Assembly (NCBI GenBank): GCA_965116015.1
Contig: OZ220477.1
Location: forward strand, 781,704-845,703
Direction: 5' to 3'
Source: Dehalococcoidia bacterium
GTDB taxonomy: Bacteria > Chloroflexota > Dehalococcoidia > Lucifugimonadales > Australimonadaceae
DNA length: 64,000 nucleotides
Shown here: in pieces, positions 17,590-27,872 of the stretch
Layout: each line of letters begins with the position of its first letter
Numbering within the stretch: the stretch's first letter is position 1
Made by a program: the position numbers and the translations under genes
The notes under the pieces: generated by a model
Database searches by the model: none
Told to the model about the DNA's origin: nothing
The model's input: only the letters and a program-made list of their open reading frames with translations

Positions 17590-18048
17590 CTACCGACCCT
17601 TAGCCTCCCGCCGCGCCGACTCGTAGAACCCCAAAAACTCATCCACCCCCACCGACGCTATCGTCTCCCCCACCAACTCCAACGGAAGATCCTCCAAACG
17701 CCTGAACCGAACGCACGACTTCCCCATATCCAAACGCCTCCCCGTCGCCCGGTACGCCGACACAAACCGCTCGTGCCGCTCCGCATCCGCATACACCGTA
17801 TTCAGGTACAGCGCCATATACCGCTTCTGCGACGCCAGAGCCGCCAGCTGCAGCGCCTGCCCGTTATACGTAACCCCATACCGGCTCAACGGCACAACAT
17901 ACCCAATCATCCCGAACTGCATACACTCCTCGTACCCCTCCGGCAGATGCTCCAGCACAACCCGACGCACCGCCTCCAGCGCATCCCTCCGCTCCCCCGG
18001 AAGCTCCGCCAGATACTCCTCAACCGTCGCCGCCCCGCTCTTCACCAT
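17590..18048 (-). CDS. DUF1801 (YdhG-like) domain protein
   Basis: Internal start MVKSGAATVEEYLAELPGERRDALEAVR with GGAGG RBS. The N-terminal extension of ORF 17590..18156 is unlikely to be real. Confidence 0.65.
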   Translation of the reverse strand: MVKSGAATVEEYLAELPGERRDALEAVRRVVLEHLPEGYEECMQFGMIGYVVPLSRYGVTYNGQALQLAALASQKRYMALYLNTVYADAERHERFVSAYRATGRRLDMGKSCVRFRRLEDLPLELVGETIASVGVDEFLGFYESARREAKGR

Positions 18049-18146
18049 CGCGCCCTCCTCCCGGCCTAACGCCGCTTCCGCCCACCCCGCCATTATGCCG
18101 CGCAACGCCCCCAAACAGTGTACCCTTCCACCCATCCCCCCAGGAG

Positions 18147-19201
18147 GTGCCCCCAATGCTAGTAATCGACGCCGACTGCCACGTCATCGAAAACGACCAA
18201 ACCTGGGAATACCTCGACCCCCAAGACGCCCACTTCAAACCACAACCCGTCGACAACCCCGACCGGCCTATGTGGATCATCGACGGACGCGCCCGCCAGC
18301 GACCCTTCGGCACAACCCCCACCGGAGCCCCCTCCGAACAACTCTCCGGCTTCTCCCGAACCTCCTTCCAAACCCGTTCCCTCTCCGACATCGACGCCCG
18401 CCTCGCCCATATGGACGAACTCAACGTCGACATCCAAGTCCTCTACCCCACCATCTACCTCACACGCATCACCGAACGACCCGAAGTCGAACTCGCCCTC
18501 GCTAAAAGCTACAACCGATGGATGGCCGACGTTTGGGCCCAGAGCAAAGGACGCCTCCGATGGGTCGCCGTCCCGCCCCTCGACTCCATCAACCAAACCC
18601 CAGCCATCCTCCGCCACGCCAAAAACAACGGCGCCGTCGGCGTCTTCATGCGCGGATTCGAAGGCCCCCGACGCCTCACCGACACCTACTTCGACCCACT
18701 CTACAACGCCGCCCTCGAATACGACCTCCCCATCGCCATCCACGCCGGATGCGGAAACCCCGCCTTCGCCCAACTCGCCGACGGCGACGCCTACGCCCGC
18801 AACAAACTCCCCGTCATCAGCGCCTTCCACTCCCTCATCTTCAACCGAACACCCCAACGCTTCCCGGACTCCGCTTCGCATTCGTCGAAGTCGCCGCCAA
18901 CTGGATCCCCTACATCCTCAACGACCTCCACCGACGCGTCCAACGCGAAGGATGGACCCTCCCCAACAACGTCCTCGCCGAAAACCAAATGTACGTCGCC
19001 TGCCAAACCAACGACGACATCCCCTACATCCTCCAGCGCGCCTCCGAAGACCACCTCATGATCGGCTCCGACTACGGCCACTCCGACACATCAAGCGAAC
19101 TCGAAGCCCTCAGATCCCTCAGAACCAGTGGACGCCTCGAACCCCGCATCGTCGACAAAATCCTCTCCCACAACCCCGCCCAACTCTACGCCATCAACTA
19201 G
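18147..19201 (+). pseudogene. Amidohydrolase-2 family gene with a 1-nt frameshift (or assembly error)
   Basis: ORFs 18147..19061 and 18518..19201 are N- and C-terminal halves of one protein. The join is at ...IFNRTPQRFP / GLRFAFVEVAANWIPY, and one base is missing at CCGG around 18864-18867. Confidence 0.7.
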
Positions 19202-19312
19202 CCCCCCCCCCCCGCCAGCTATCCCCCCTTCGGGAAAAGCGAACAGAACGGGAACAGAACGGGTGGGGCGCCCCCCTAGACCCCCGCCCCAGCGCCCCAA
19301 CCCCCACTCCCC

Positions 19313-19774
19313 CTAAAGCCGCCCCTCGGCGCGCGCGATCGGACGCGCATCCTCAAAGCGCGGAGCCGCCACCCCCAAACGCTGCAACAGCGTATAGTCG
19401 TCCCGATCCCCCCACTGCTCCACGATAACCCCATTCGCCAGCCGGTAAATCTCTATCCGGCGCCACCACGACAGATTCGTCCGCGGCGAATGACCATTGA
19501 ACGTCCCCTGAAACCCCCCATTGAACGACACGCTCGCCACAACCTTGTCCCCCGAAGCAATCAGATCATCGATAGTAACCCGGATCCCCGGAAACGCCGT
19601 CCGCGTCATCACAGCAAGCTCCTTCACCGGCTGCGGACCGAACGGATCCTCCGGTATCCCCGCGATATGCAACTCAACATCCCGCGCGTACGCCTCATCG
19701 ACAAACCCCGCATCCCCCTCGTTGTACACCCGCTCATACAACCGCCGGATCGCCGCCTTGTTCGCCTCCGACAT
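19313..19774 (-). CDS. SnoaL-like / ester cyclase family protein
   Basis: Internal start MSEANKAAIRRLYERVYNEGD with GGAGG RBS. The longer ORF extension looks spurious. Confidence 0.65.
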   Translation of the reverse strand: MSEANKAAIRRLYERVYNEGDAGFVDEAYARDVELHIAGIPEDPFGPQPVKELAVMTRTAFPGIRVTIDDLIASGDKVVASVSFNGGFQGTFNGHSPRTNLSWWRRIEIYRLANGVIVEQWGDRDDYTLLQRLGVAAPRFEDARPIARAEGRL

Positions 19775-19922
19775 CCCGCCCCCTCCCTCCGCCTGCGCTA
19801 CTCCCGCATTCTTTGCGTCCGCGTCCCCAACGTCAAGTGCGCCGCCCGGCCCCGCCCTGTATAGTTGCCCCATCTCGCAGAGAAGACAAAGAAGACTGAA
19901 GACTACAGAAAAGAGGTGCGCA

Positions 19923-20870
19923 ATGCTTGCCGCAGCAACCAGTAACGGCGTCGTCATCATCGAACAGAACGCAGACCGCTGGCGCGTCGCCAGCCGCGCC
20001 CTCCACAACATCCGCGTCGAAGCCATCGCCCGAAACCGCGGCGCCATCCTCGCCGCCACAGAACAAGGACTCTACGAAAGCGACAACACCGCCGAAACCT
20101 GGACACCCATCATCCCCAACGTCGATATGCGCTCCCTCGCCGTCGCCGCCGACGGCGCAGCATTCGCCGGAGCCGACAACGCCGCCCTCTACCGCCGGCG
20201 ACCCGCCGACGAACAATTCACCGAAGTCCTCAGCTTCAAAAACCTCCCAACATACTGGTCCTGGACATTCCCCGTCTCCCCACACCTCCCCAACCTCCGC
20301 TCCATCGCCGCATCCCCAACACACCCCAACCGCATCTACGTCGGCGTCGAAGTCGGCGGCGTTATGCTCACCGAAGACGGCGGCGAAACCTGGCGCGAAG
20401 CCCGCGAAGGCATACACCCAGACATCCACGGACTCGCAGCCGCACCCGGAGACCCCGACAACATCTTCGCCGTAACCGGCGTCGGCTTCTTCCGAAGCAA
20501 CAACGGCGCCCGATCCTGGGAATCCCGATCCGACGGCCTCGACCACCTCTACACCATCGCCATCGCCAGCCACCCAACCCAACCACACCGCCTCATCGCA
20601 TCCGCAACCAACGGACGCCCACGCAACTGGCGCGACCGACCCCAAGGCGCCTGCGCCAAGGTCTACCACTCCCCCAACGGCGGCGACTCCTGGAGCCCCC
20701 TTATGACCACCGCGCTCGTCGAAGCCATCGACGCCCTCGCCGTCGACGACAACAACGCCGCCTTCGCCGGAACCCACGGCGGCGACATCCTCGCCCTCCT
20801 CCCCAACGCCGAAGACTGGACCACAATCGCCACCGGACTCCCCCCCATCAACGCCCTCGCCATCCTGTAA
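19923..20870 (+). CDS. BNR/sialidase-like beta-propeller protein
   Basis: Internal ATG at 19923. Repeated S/T-x-D-x-G-x-T/S-W motifs (SDNTAETW, TEDGGETW, SNNGARSW, SPNGGDSW). Confidence 0.65.
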   Translation: MLAAATSNGVVIIEQNADRWRVASRALHNIRVEAIARNRGAILAATEQGLYESDNTAETWTPIIPNVDMRSLAVAADGAAFAGADNAALYRRRPADEQFTEVLSFKNLPTYWSWTFPVSPHLPNLRSIAASPTHPNRIYVGVEVGGVMLTEDGGETWREAREGIHPDIHGLAAAPGDPDNIFAVTGVGFFRSNNGARSWESRSDGLDHLYTIAIASHPTQPHRLIASATNGRPRNWRDRPQGACAKVYHSPNGGDSWSPLMTTALVEAIDALAVDDNNAAFAGTHGGDILALLPNAEDWTTIATGLPPINALAIL

Positions 20871-21044
20871 ACCCCAGCTCACCTCACGCGCAGAACACAA
20901 CATCCCCGCTGACCGCTACAGCGTCGATGACATCCCCAGCTCGCCCGTCCCGCCCAGAACAGAACAGCGCGACAGGGTAGGGCAGGAAGACGCCTTCCAC
21001 CAAGCCATCCGTTCCCCTTCCCCCCAAAGAGCGCGCCGCCGCCT

Positions 21045-22037
21045 CTACTGATCCATCGTCGTTCGCGCGAACACCTCCTCCAGCCCCATCAGCCGCGGAG
21101 TAAGACCCTGCTCGTTCGAATACTGCGCCGCCGTCTCCAGCGTCCTCCGGTTCGCCCGTATCCCGTGCCTCACCAGCGGCTCCCGCAGAGCCGCCGCCGA
21201 CTCCCTCGAAACAAGCCCAGCCTTCACGTAGTACTCCACATGCTCCATACGCCGGCGGTTCGTCAACTCATTCGCCGCAACATACGCCTTCAGAATATTG
21301 AGCGCCGCCCACGGATGCTCCTCCGCCACCCTCCGCCGTATCACCATCCCGTGATTGATAGGGTAGATTCCCGTCTTCTCGTAGTACCGCGCCCCTTCCG
21401 CGTCCGGATCAGGAAAAAGCGTCCTGATATCCGGATGATTGCGCAGATCCGCAGTGCTCCGATCCACAAGATTCGGGTCCCGAAGATAAAGCAGCGTCGC
21501 CTGCAACTCCCCCGAGAGCATCATCCCACCGATATTCTTCTCAATAGGTATCTGATTGATCGTAACCCCCGGCGGAGCCTGGAACCCCGTCGCCCCCCCA
21601 TGACTAACCTCCGGCACGCGCTCCATAAAGAACTCCATATCCCTCGGCTCCACCCCGAACTCATGCTGAAGAACCCCTCGCGTCCACAGCGCCGCAGTCT
21701 GCTGATACTCCGGAACCCCAACCCGCTTCCCCCTCAGATCCGCCGGACTCCCTATCCCCGCATCCCTCCTCACAAGAATCCCCGTATGGAAGAAACTCCG
21801 CGTCGTGAAGATCGGCAAACCCACCCACGTCGCATCCCCGTGCGCCATCGCCATCATCAACGACGAGAACGACATCTCCGACACATCAAACTCCGCAAAC
21901 TTCAGCTGACGCCAGAAAATCTCAGACCCATGAACCGACGTCGGAATGAACTCGATCCCGTCCGGCTTCACCTCCCCGCTCATAATCGGCCACGTCCGCG
22001 GATTATTCGCCAGCGCAATGCTCAGCCTCAGATCCAT
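21045..22037 (-). CDS. NMT1/THI5-like periplasmic-binding-fold protein (4,5-dihydroxyphthalate decarboxylase-like)
   Basis: 330 aa with N-terminus MDLRLSIALANNPRTWPIMSGEVKPDGIEFIPT...EIFWRQLKFAEFDVSEMSFSS, typical of this family as I recall it. Confidence 0.55.
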   Translation of the reverse strand: MDLRLSIALANNPRTWPIMSGEVKPDGIEFIPTSVHGSEIFWRQLKFAEFDVSEMSFSSLMMAMAHGDATWVGLPIFTTRSFFHTGILVRRDAGIGSPADLRGKRVGVPEYQQTAALWTRGVLQHEFGVEPRDMEFFMERVPEVSHGGATGFQAPPGVTINQIPIEKNIGGMMLSGELQATLLYLRDPNLVDRSTADLRNHPDIRTLFPDPDAEGARYYEKTGIYPINHGMVIRRRVAEEHPWAALNILKAYVAANELTNRRRMEHVEYYVKAGLVSRESAAALREPLVRHGIRANRRTLETAAQYSNEQGLTPRLMGLEEVFARTTMDQ

Positions 22038-22342
22038 CTCTCGCCTCCTACCGCATAATGCTCCCCCGAACTATACGCCCCGACGCTGCGCCGCGCCTCC
22101 ACCCAACGCCACCCCCCTCTCCCACACGCCGTAACGCTTCTGCGCGCCCCCCTTCGCCGCGCCGCCCGCGCCGCACACTCCCCCCTCGCCGCGCCACTTC
22201 TGCGCGCGCCCTCTCGCCGATTGCGGCCTCTCGACGCCGTACCGCTTCTGCGCATACCCCTCTCGACGCCATACCCCCCTTCGCGCCGCAAAGAGCCCCC
22301 GTGATATATCCTCCCGCCACAAACCCCCACGGAGGAAACGCT

Positions 22343-22774
22343 ATGGCCCGCATCCGACACATCGCCCTCGGCACAGCCGACCCCGAAGCAACCGCCAAGT
22401 TCTACATGGAAGGCCTCGGACTCCAACAAGTCGGACGAGTCGACTCACCCACCGCAGAGGGCTACTACCTCAGCGATGGACACATCAACCTCGCCATCCT
22501 CAAATGGCGACAGGAATGGGCCTCCATCACCGAGGGCGGACCCAAACTCACCGGCGTCCACCACATCGGCTTCGGCGTCGACAACCTGGACGACGCCCAA
22601 TCCCAAGTCCTCGCCGCCGGCGCCGTCGAGCACACCGAACCCAAAATACGCGAAGAATACAACTCCCGACGCCCCAACAACGCCGGCGGCGGCAACGTCG
22701 AAGTCAAATTCACCGGCCCCGACGGCGTAACCTTCGACCTCTCCGTCCACGGATGGGTAGGCGCAACCGACTGA
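22343..22774 (+). CDS. VOC/glyoxalase-family protein
   Basis: Internal ATG at 22343 with GGAGG RBS. Contains IRHIALGTADPEATAKFYMEGLGL...GVHHIGFGVDNLD. Confidence 0.75.
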   Translation: MARIRHIALGTADPEATAKFYMEGLGLQQVGRVDSPTAEGYYLSDGHINLAILKWRQEWASITEGGPKLTGVHHIGFGVDNLDDAQSQVLAAGAVEHTEPKIREEYNSRRPNNAGGGNVEVKFTGPDGVTFDLSVHGWVGATD

Positions 22775-22993
22775 TCCCCCCACCCGCCCCCCCTGCCAAA
22801 CCCCAATGGCGGAGACCCCTCCTCCCCAACCAACGCCCGCCCGGAGCAACAACCTAAGCCCCCGCCGTCGGCGCCCTCGCCCAACAACCCCACGCGCCCC
22901 TAGCGCCCACTCTCGCCCAGCGCAGGAGCGCGCATCCCAACCCGCGTCCGCGGCGATGCGGCTACACCCACTCCCGCCCAGCGCGGGAGCGCG

Positions 22994-23314
22994 TCACATA
23001 GGCAGAAGATAACTCCTCGCGTTCCCCCCGATCGCAAGGAGCCCCGTAGAGTTCAGACCGCCGATTGCGACGATTCCCACCGCGTTCACGCCTCCCACCG
23101 AAATCAGCCCTATCGAATTCACCCCGCCCACAGCGACAATCCCTATCGAATTCACAACCCCGAACGTAACCAACCCCATAGCGTTCAGAACGCTGAGCGC
23201 GGTCATTCCAAACGCGTTCAGACCGCCTGCCGCAACCATCCCCATCGCGTTCCATCGCCCCACAGCAACGCCTCCGATGGCATTGCCCTCAACCGTAACA
23301 GCATTCTCTTGCAC
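22994..23314 (-). CDS. Small protein made of ~8 tandem 11-residue repeats (N-a-x-G-x-v-a-x-G-G-x)
   Basis: GTG start at 23314, 7 nt after GGAGG. Repeats read NAIGGVAVGRW NAMGMVAAGGL NAFGMTALSVL NAMGLVTFGVV NSIGIVAVGGV NSIGLISVGGV NAVGIVAIGGL NSTGLLAIGG, with a 33-bp DNA periodicity. Confidence 0.5.
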   Translation of the reverse strand: MQENAVTVEGNAIGGVAVGRWNAMGMVAAGGLNAFGMTALSVLNAMGLVTFGVVNSIGIVAVGGVNSIGLISVGGVNAVGIVAIGGLNSTGLLAIGGNARSYLLPM

Positions 23315-23617
23315 AGATCTCCCTCCGAATGACACGCCGCGCCAGCTTCGCCGAAAGCCTACACGAATCAACCGACCCCAACAAGCCAACTGCCTAGCGC
23401 ACAGCCCCACAGCGCTCCGCCTCCCCGCTCCCTCTCCGCGACGCGAACGCGTCCCTCGCCGAACGCACGACCACGCCCCCCCCCCCGCAAACGCACAGCC
23501 CCACAGCGCTCCGCCTCCCCGCTCCCCCTACGCAACGCGAACCGCGCCCCGTTCACCGAACGCACGACTACTCCCCCCGCCCCAACCCTCGCGCAACAGC
23601 GGGAGACGCCCTGCCTC

Positions 23618-24118
23618 CTAACGCCCGAACCACGGCTCGTACTTCCGAACCGTCTCCGTGAACCTCCGCGTCCCCGGAGGCCACATCACCCGCCACTCCG
23701 TCCCCTCACGCACCAGCTCCTCCGTCGCCGCCCGCAGCGTCCCATCCTCAAAATCAACCAGCGCCCCCACAACCACATTCCGCCCATAGTTGCGCTGACT
23801 CCCATACGTAACCCTCGTGATCGACCTTCCCCGCGACAACCCATCAACCAGCTCCCGCCACCCGCTCGACCCAAGCCCCGCAGCCTCCGCGCGCCCCGCC
23901 TCGTCAAGCAAGTTATACGCCCGCTCGTAATCCCCCTCCTGCGCCGCCTCATACAGCGCCTCCACCGTCCCCCGAGGCGACAGCGTAATCGACGCCCCCC
24001 CGAACGGAATGCTCACAACCTGCGCAGCCAGCGCGAACAACAACGCAAACAGAACCCCCGTCGTCCACACCTGAACCTGCGACGCCCAACGAACCCCCGC
24101 GCGCAACCGCGCGAACAT
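23618..24118 (-). CDS. Membrane-anchored hypothetical protein
   Basis: Internal start MFARLRAGVRWAS with one TM. Its ATG overlaps the stop of the upstream MFS gene (ATGA), which suggests translational coupling. Confidence 0.55.
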   Translation of the reverse strand: MFARLRAGVRWASQVQVWTTGVLFALLFALAAQVVSIPFGGASITLSPRGTVEALYEAAQEGDYERAYNLLDEAGRAEAAGLGSSGWRELVDGLSRGRSITRVTYGSQRNYGRNVVVGALVDFEDGTLRAATEELVREGTEWRVMWPPGTRRFTETVRKYEPWFGR

Positions 24119-25404
24119 CACACGACGCCCCCCTGCGCCCACAACCGCGCCGGCATAGGAGGCTTCCGCGCCAGAAAGAAAAACAACGACCCCGCGCCCA
24201 CTATCGCCGCAACAACCAGAAACGCCCCATCGTAATCCCCAAACCTGTCCCGCATCGCCCCCGCAAGCGTCGGCCCTACCAGCGGCCCAAGCATCACCAT
24301 CACATTCGAATACCCCGCTATCTTCCCGAAATGACGCCGACCATAGAAATCCGCCCGTATCGCCATCATCAGCGGCCCACGCGTCCCCCACGCCAAACCA
24401 TGCAACAGCGACGCCCCAGCGATCAAATACCCACTCTCAGCCACAACCAGAATCCCCATCGCCGCCGAATGCGCAAGCATACAGAACGCCGCCATCCGCG
24501 CCTTGTTCCGCCTATCCCCAACAAACCCTCCCCCCACCTGACCCGCAATACTCGTAACCGTAACCAGCGTCAGCATCGCCTGAGCCGACGTCGCGCTCCA
24601 CCCAACATCCTCCACCAGATGCGGCACAAGATGCACCAGCACCGTAAACACCGCAATCAACGCCACCCCATGACCAAGCGACACATACCAGAACGACCGG
24701 TCCCGCATCGCCTCCCCAACCGTGAAATCCTGCTGCGCCTCCAGCTCCCGCGTCCCCCCATCCCCCGACCGCGCGACCCGTCCCCCATCCGGCAGCAGCC
24801 CGTGCTGCTCCGGATACCCCCGCAGCAACTGCGCCAGCGGCAACCCCAGCGCCAGAACCGCCACCCCCGTCCCGAACGCCGTAGCCCGCCACCCATACAT
24901 CGTCAGCGACCACGCCACCACCGGCGACAGCGCCCCCGCCAGCCCGATCCCCGTCGAACTCAGCCCAAGCGCCTGCGCCCGACGACGACGGAACCACCGC
25001 GTAGTAACCGTCGTAAGCGTCAGCCAGCCCGCAAGATTCATCCCCAGCGACATCACCAGCACGATCGCCAGAAACACCGGAAACGTCGACGCCAGCGGCA
25101 GCGCCATAAACCCAACCCCCAGCGTAACCACGCCCGCGCGCACCAAAGCCCGCGGACTGAACCGGTCGATCAACCACCCATGCGCAGGACTCAACAACCC
25201 CGCAGCAAGCTGCGACACCGAGAATGCGCTCGAAATCGCAAACTTGCTCCACCCGAACTGCGCCTCAAACCGCAGCAGATACTGACCAAACGTAAACCCG
25301 AACGCCGCCCCCGTAACCCCATGCAGACACACCGACGCAAACACAATCCACCAGCCGTAGAAAATGCCCCTGTCAGACCGCCCCGCAGGACCCGTCGTCG
25401 CCAT
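24118..25404 (-). CDS. MFS transporter (oxalate/formate-antiporter-like)
   Basis: 428 aa, 12 TM-like segments, with GWLIDRFSPRALV motif. Confidence 0.8.
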   Translation of the reverse strand: MATTGPAGRSDRGIFYGWWIVFASVCLHGVTGAAFGFTFGQYLLRFEAQFGWSKFAISSAFSVSQLAAGLLSPAHGWLIDRFSPRALVRAGVVTLGVGFMALPLASTFPVFLAIVLVMSLGMNLAGWLTLTTVTTRWFRRRRAQALGLSSTGIGLAGALSPVVAWSLTMYGWRATAFGTGVAVLALGLPLAQLLRGYPEQHGLLPDGGRVARSGDGGTRELEAQQDFTVGEAMRDRSFWYVSLGHGVALIAVFTVLVHLVPHLVEDVGWSATSAQAMLTLVTVTSIAGQVGGGFVGDRRNKARMAAFCMLAHSAAMGILVVAESGYLIAGASLLHGLAWGTRGPLMMAIRADFYGRRHFGKIAGYSNVMVMLGPLVGPTLAGAMRDRFGDYDGAFLVVAAIVGAGSLFFFLARKPPMPARLWAQGGVV

Positions 25405-25440
25405 GCAACTCCCTTAAACCACACCCTCCATACACTACCA

Positions 25441-25595
25441 CGCCCCTCACCCCAGCTACCCCCGACCCTCGACCCACCACCCCTCGCCCCAGCCGACCCC
25501 AACGCCCCTCACCCCCAAGCTAGCCCCCGACCCTCGACCCACCACCCCTCGCCACCAGCCGACCCCAACGCCCCTCACCACCAGCTGCCCCCAGC
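25441..25595. repeat. Intergenic tandem repeat, ~2.4 copies of 62-66 bp
   Basis: CGCCCCTCACCCC.AGCTA.CCCCCGACCCTCGACCCACCACCCCTCGCC..CAGCCGACCCCAA starts at 25441, 25503 and 25569. Confidence 0.8.
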
Positions 25596-25649
25596 AACAA
25601 CGACGGCGCCTAACCCCTACCGGACAGCCCGCCCCAGCGCGACGCGAGC

Positions 25650-25679
25650 GGGCAGGGGAGCCCAAGCGGAGCCCTGCCC
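25650..25679 (-). terminator. 8-bp GC hairpin GGGCAGGG / CCCTGCCC just 3' of the MT-A70 gene (member of the GGGYAGGG family)
   Basis: Arms at 25650-25657 and 25672-25679 with a 14-nt loop. No U tract, so terminator function is tentative. Confidence 0.35.
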
Positions 25680-25684
25680 CCCTC

Positions 25685-26281
25685 TCATCGCGCCCCTCGC
25701 GACAGCGCAAGCCCCGCCGCCTCGATCCCCCACGCGTCCCACCCCTCGCAGCTCGACCTAGCGAACAGCTCGATCTTCCGCTGCGCAGGAAACATCAGCC
25801 CGATCCTCCGCCGAACCTCCTCCGGCTTCGCCGAATGCGCCCCCCGCCGAGCGCTCACCAACTGACGAACATCCCGCCTCCCCCGCGGCCGCGGAATCCG
25901 CCCACGCTTGAACACAAGACACAACTCGCACTGACTCAGCGTATAGAACCCCGGATTCACCCGCTGCTTGTCCCACACGAACGCCACCGTCGCCCACCCG
26001 AACCCCCACGCCTTCCCCAGCTCGATAGCCTGATCAAGATGCGGATTCGTCGCCCACAGAAACAGCACGCTATCGTCCGCAGCGATCCCTCCCACATCCA
26101 GCCGCTTCAAACCCTCCAGCGTAACCGTCGGATAATGCCGCGCAGCCCCGCCCGTATCCCCGCTCCCCGGCCCCGAATGCTGTAGCTGACCCTTATAGTC
26201 CCACGGCGGATCAGCGTAGATGACATCGTACCGGCCATCCGGAAGCCCCGGAAACTCCCCGTTCGAAAGCAACTCCGCCAA
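25685..26281 (-). CDS. MT-A70-family N6-adenine methyltransferase
   Basis: 198 aa with catalytic DPPW in VIYADPPWDY. Also FLWATN and SAKPEE motifs. Confidence 0.8.
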   Translation of the reverse strand: MAELLSNGEFPGLPDGRYDVIYADPPWDYKGQLQHSGPGSGDTGGAARHYPTVTLEGLKRLDVGGIAADDSVLFLWATNPHLDQAIELGKAWGFGWATVAFVWDKQRVNPGFYTLSQCELCLVFKRGRIPRPRGRRDVRQLVSARRGAHSAKPEEVRRRIGLMFPAQRKIELFARSSCEGWDAWGIEAAGLALSRGAR

Positions 26282-26342
26282 ACCGCCCCCTCTCCCCCCG
26301 AAACGCCCCTCCCCTTGCCCGAGAAGAGCGCCCCCCTCCGCG

Positions 26343-27872
26343 CTACCCCTCGAACACCAACGACTTCACCACAACCGGAATCGCCTCCACCGACTCCAAC
26401 TGCTCCCCCAGATCGATGAAATTGAACTCCCCAACCGTAATCCCGTCCACAACAATCACATCCTGCTCAACCTTATGCTCATTCTTCAGCATCGACCCCA
26501 CAAGCCCCGCCACATCCGCGCTCAGAACAACCGTCCACACATGCTCCGTCAGCGGCGACAGCGCCTCCGATATCCCATCGCACAGCGCCTTGATCGAATC
26601 ATACGTAGGAATCACCGGCCCCAGCAGCGCAAGCGCCAAAGGCTTCCCGATATCATGATGCGCAATATCCAAACGCTGGAACGCCTCCGAAATAGCCCGC
26701 CCCACCACATCCCTGCTTATATCGTTCGGATCCGCCGGCAGATACGCCGGCACAACCTGCAGATCAAGATGCGGCAGCAACTCAGGACTCGACACAAACA
26801 CCGTGCTCGACGACACCTGAACCGTGTACTGCGACGCCCCTATCACCGTCGCCCGGATACGCTCCGCGCTCCCAGCCAGCGGAATCCCTAGCGACGGCAA
26901 CCGCGACCGAACCGCCGCCCCCAACAGCGGACCCATATCCCCATAGTCCTGCCTGTCGTAATCGTACACATACTCCGCCACCCCCCCCGAAAACCCAATC
27001 TCGTCAACCCCCTCCCCAAACTCCAACGGCCCCGAGATAATCAGCTCCGACCCCAGCGGCGAATACTCCCCACGAATCGCCTCGAACAGAATATCCGCCA
27101 GCTTCTCAGCAACCCTCCTCTTCTCCTCCTCCTCCATCCGCCTCCCAATCTCCACATCCACCCCAACGCTCCTCGCAACAACCCGCCCCGCCTCCTCGAT
27201 CCGCTCAACAACCCCATCCCCATCCCACGCTATCAACCGCGCCCCCACATTGATCGCCATCGTCTCCGCAACCTTCCCGTTCCGCACAATCGCCAGCTTC
27301 GACGTCCCCCCTCCCATATCCACATTCATCCCCGCCCCAACCTTCAGCGACCGCGCCGCCGCGCCCGAACCATGCGCACCCAGAATCCCCTCCAGATTCG
27401 GCCCCGCCGTCGCGCACACAAACCTCCCCCCAGCAGCCGCCAGCATCCGGATAATCGCCTCCGAATTATGCTTCCGCACCGCCTCCCCAGTACAGATAAC
27501 AGCCCCCGTATCGATATCCTCCGGCGACAGCTCCGCCTCCTCGTAACTCCCCCTCACAAACTCCCCAAGAGCCTCCGTATCTATCGTGTCCGGATCAGAA
27601 TACGGAGTCAGCAGAATAGGCGAGCGATGCAGAACCTGACGGAACACCACCTCAAACTCGCTCGACATCTCCGTGCTCCGCCGGCGCATCACCAGCTTCG
27701 AAAACATCAAATGCGACGTCGAAGACCCAATATCGATCCCCACGCTCGTCAGCCGCAGCCAATCAGGATTGATCGGAAACCCATCGTCCGCGATCGAGCC
27801 GAACACCACCTCATCCTCCGCCCCATAGTGTCCGTGCTCCCAAGGATCGTCGTGCATAAACCCGCCTTTCAC
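26343..27872 (-). CDS. EutA-like ASKHA-fold ATPase (ethanolamine ammonia-lyase reactivase family)
   Basis: ~505 aa. SVGIDIGSSTSHLMFS, NVDMGGGTSKLAIV, RATVIGASQYTVQVS and the C-terminal VVVKSLVF align by eye with E. coli EutA. Start is either GTG 27872 or ATG 27857. Confidence 0.75.
   Translation of the reverse strand: MKGGFMHDDPWEHGHYGAEDEVVFGSIADDGFPINPDWLRLTSVGIDIGSSTSHLMFSKLVMRRRSTEMSSEFEVVFRQVLHRSPILLTPYSDPDTIDTEALGEFVRGSYEEAELSPEDIDTGAVICTGEAVRKHNSEAIIRMLAAAGGRFVCATAGPNLEGILGAHGSGAAARSLKVGAGMNVDMGGGTSKLAIVRNGKVAETMAINVGARLIAWDGDGVVERIEEAGRVVARSVGVDVEIGRRMEEEEKRRVAEKLADILFEAIRGEYSPLGSELIISGPLEFGEGVDEIGFSGGVAEYVYDYDRQDYGDMGPLLGAAVRSRLPSLGIPLAGSAERIRATVIGASQYTVQVSSSTVFVSSPELLPHLDLQVVPAYLPADPNDISRDVVGRAISEAFQRLDIAHHDIGKPLALALLGPVIPTYDSIKALCDGISEALSPLTEHVWTVVLSADVAGLVGSMLKNEHKVEQDVIVVDGITVGEFNFIDLGEQLESVEAIPVVVKSLVFEG

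Noticed and set aside
22100-22300. Weakly repetitive CGCTTCTGCGCG-containing spacer upstream of the 22343 VOC gene as a regulatory array.
   Set aside because: The repeats are short, irregularly spaced and degenerate. They cannot be distinguished from the general low-complexity C-rich background.
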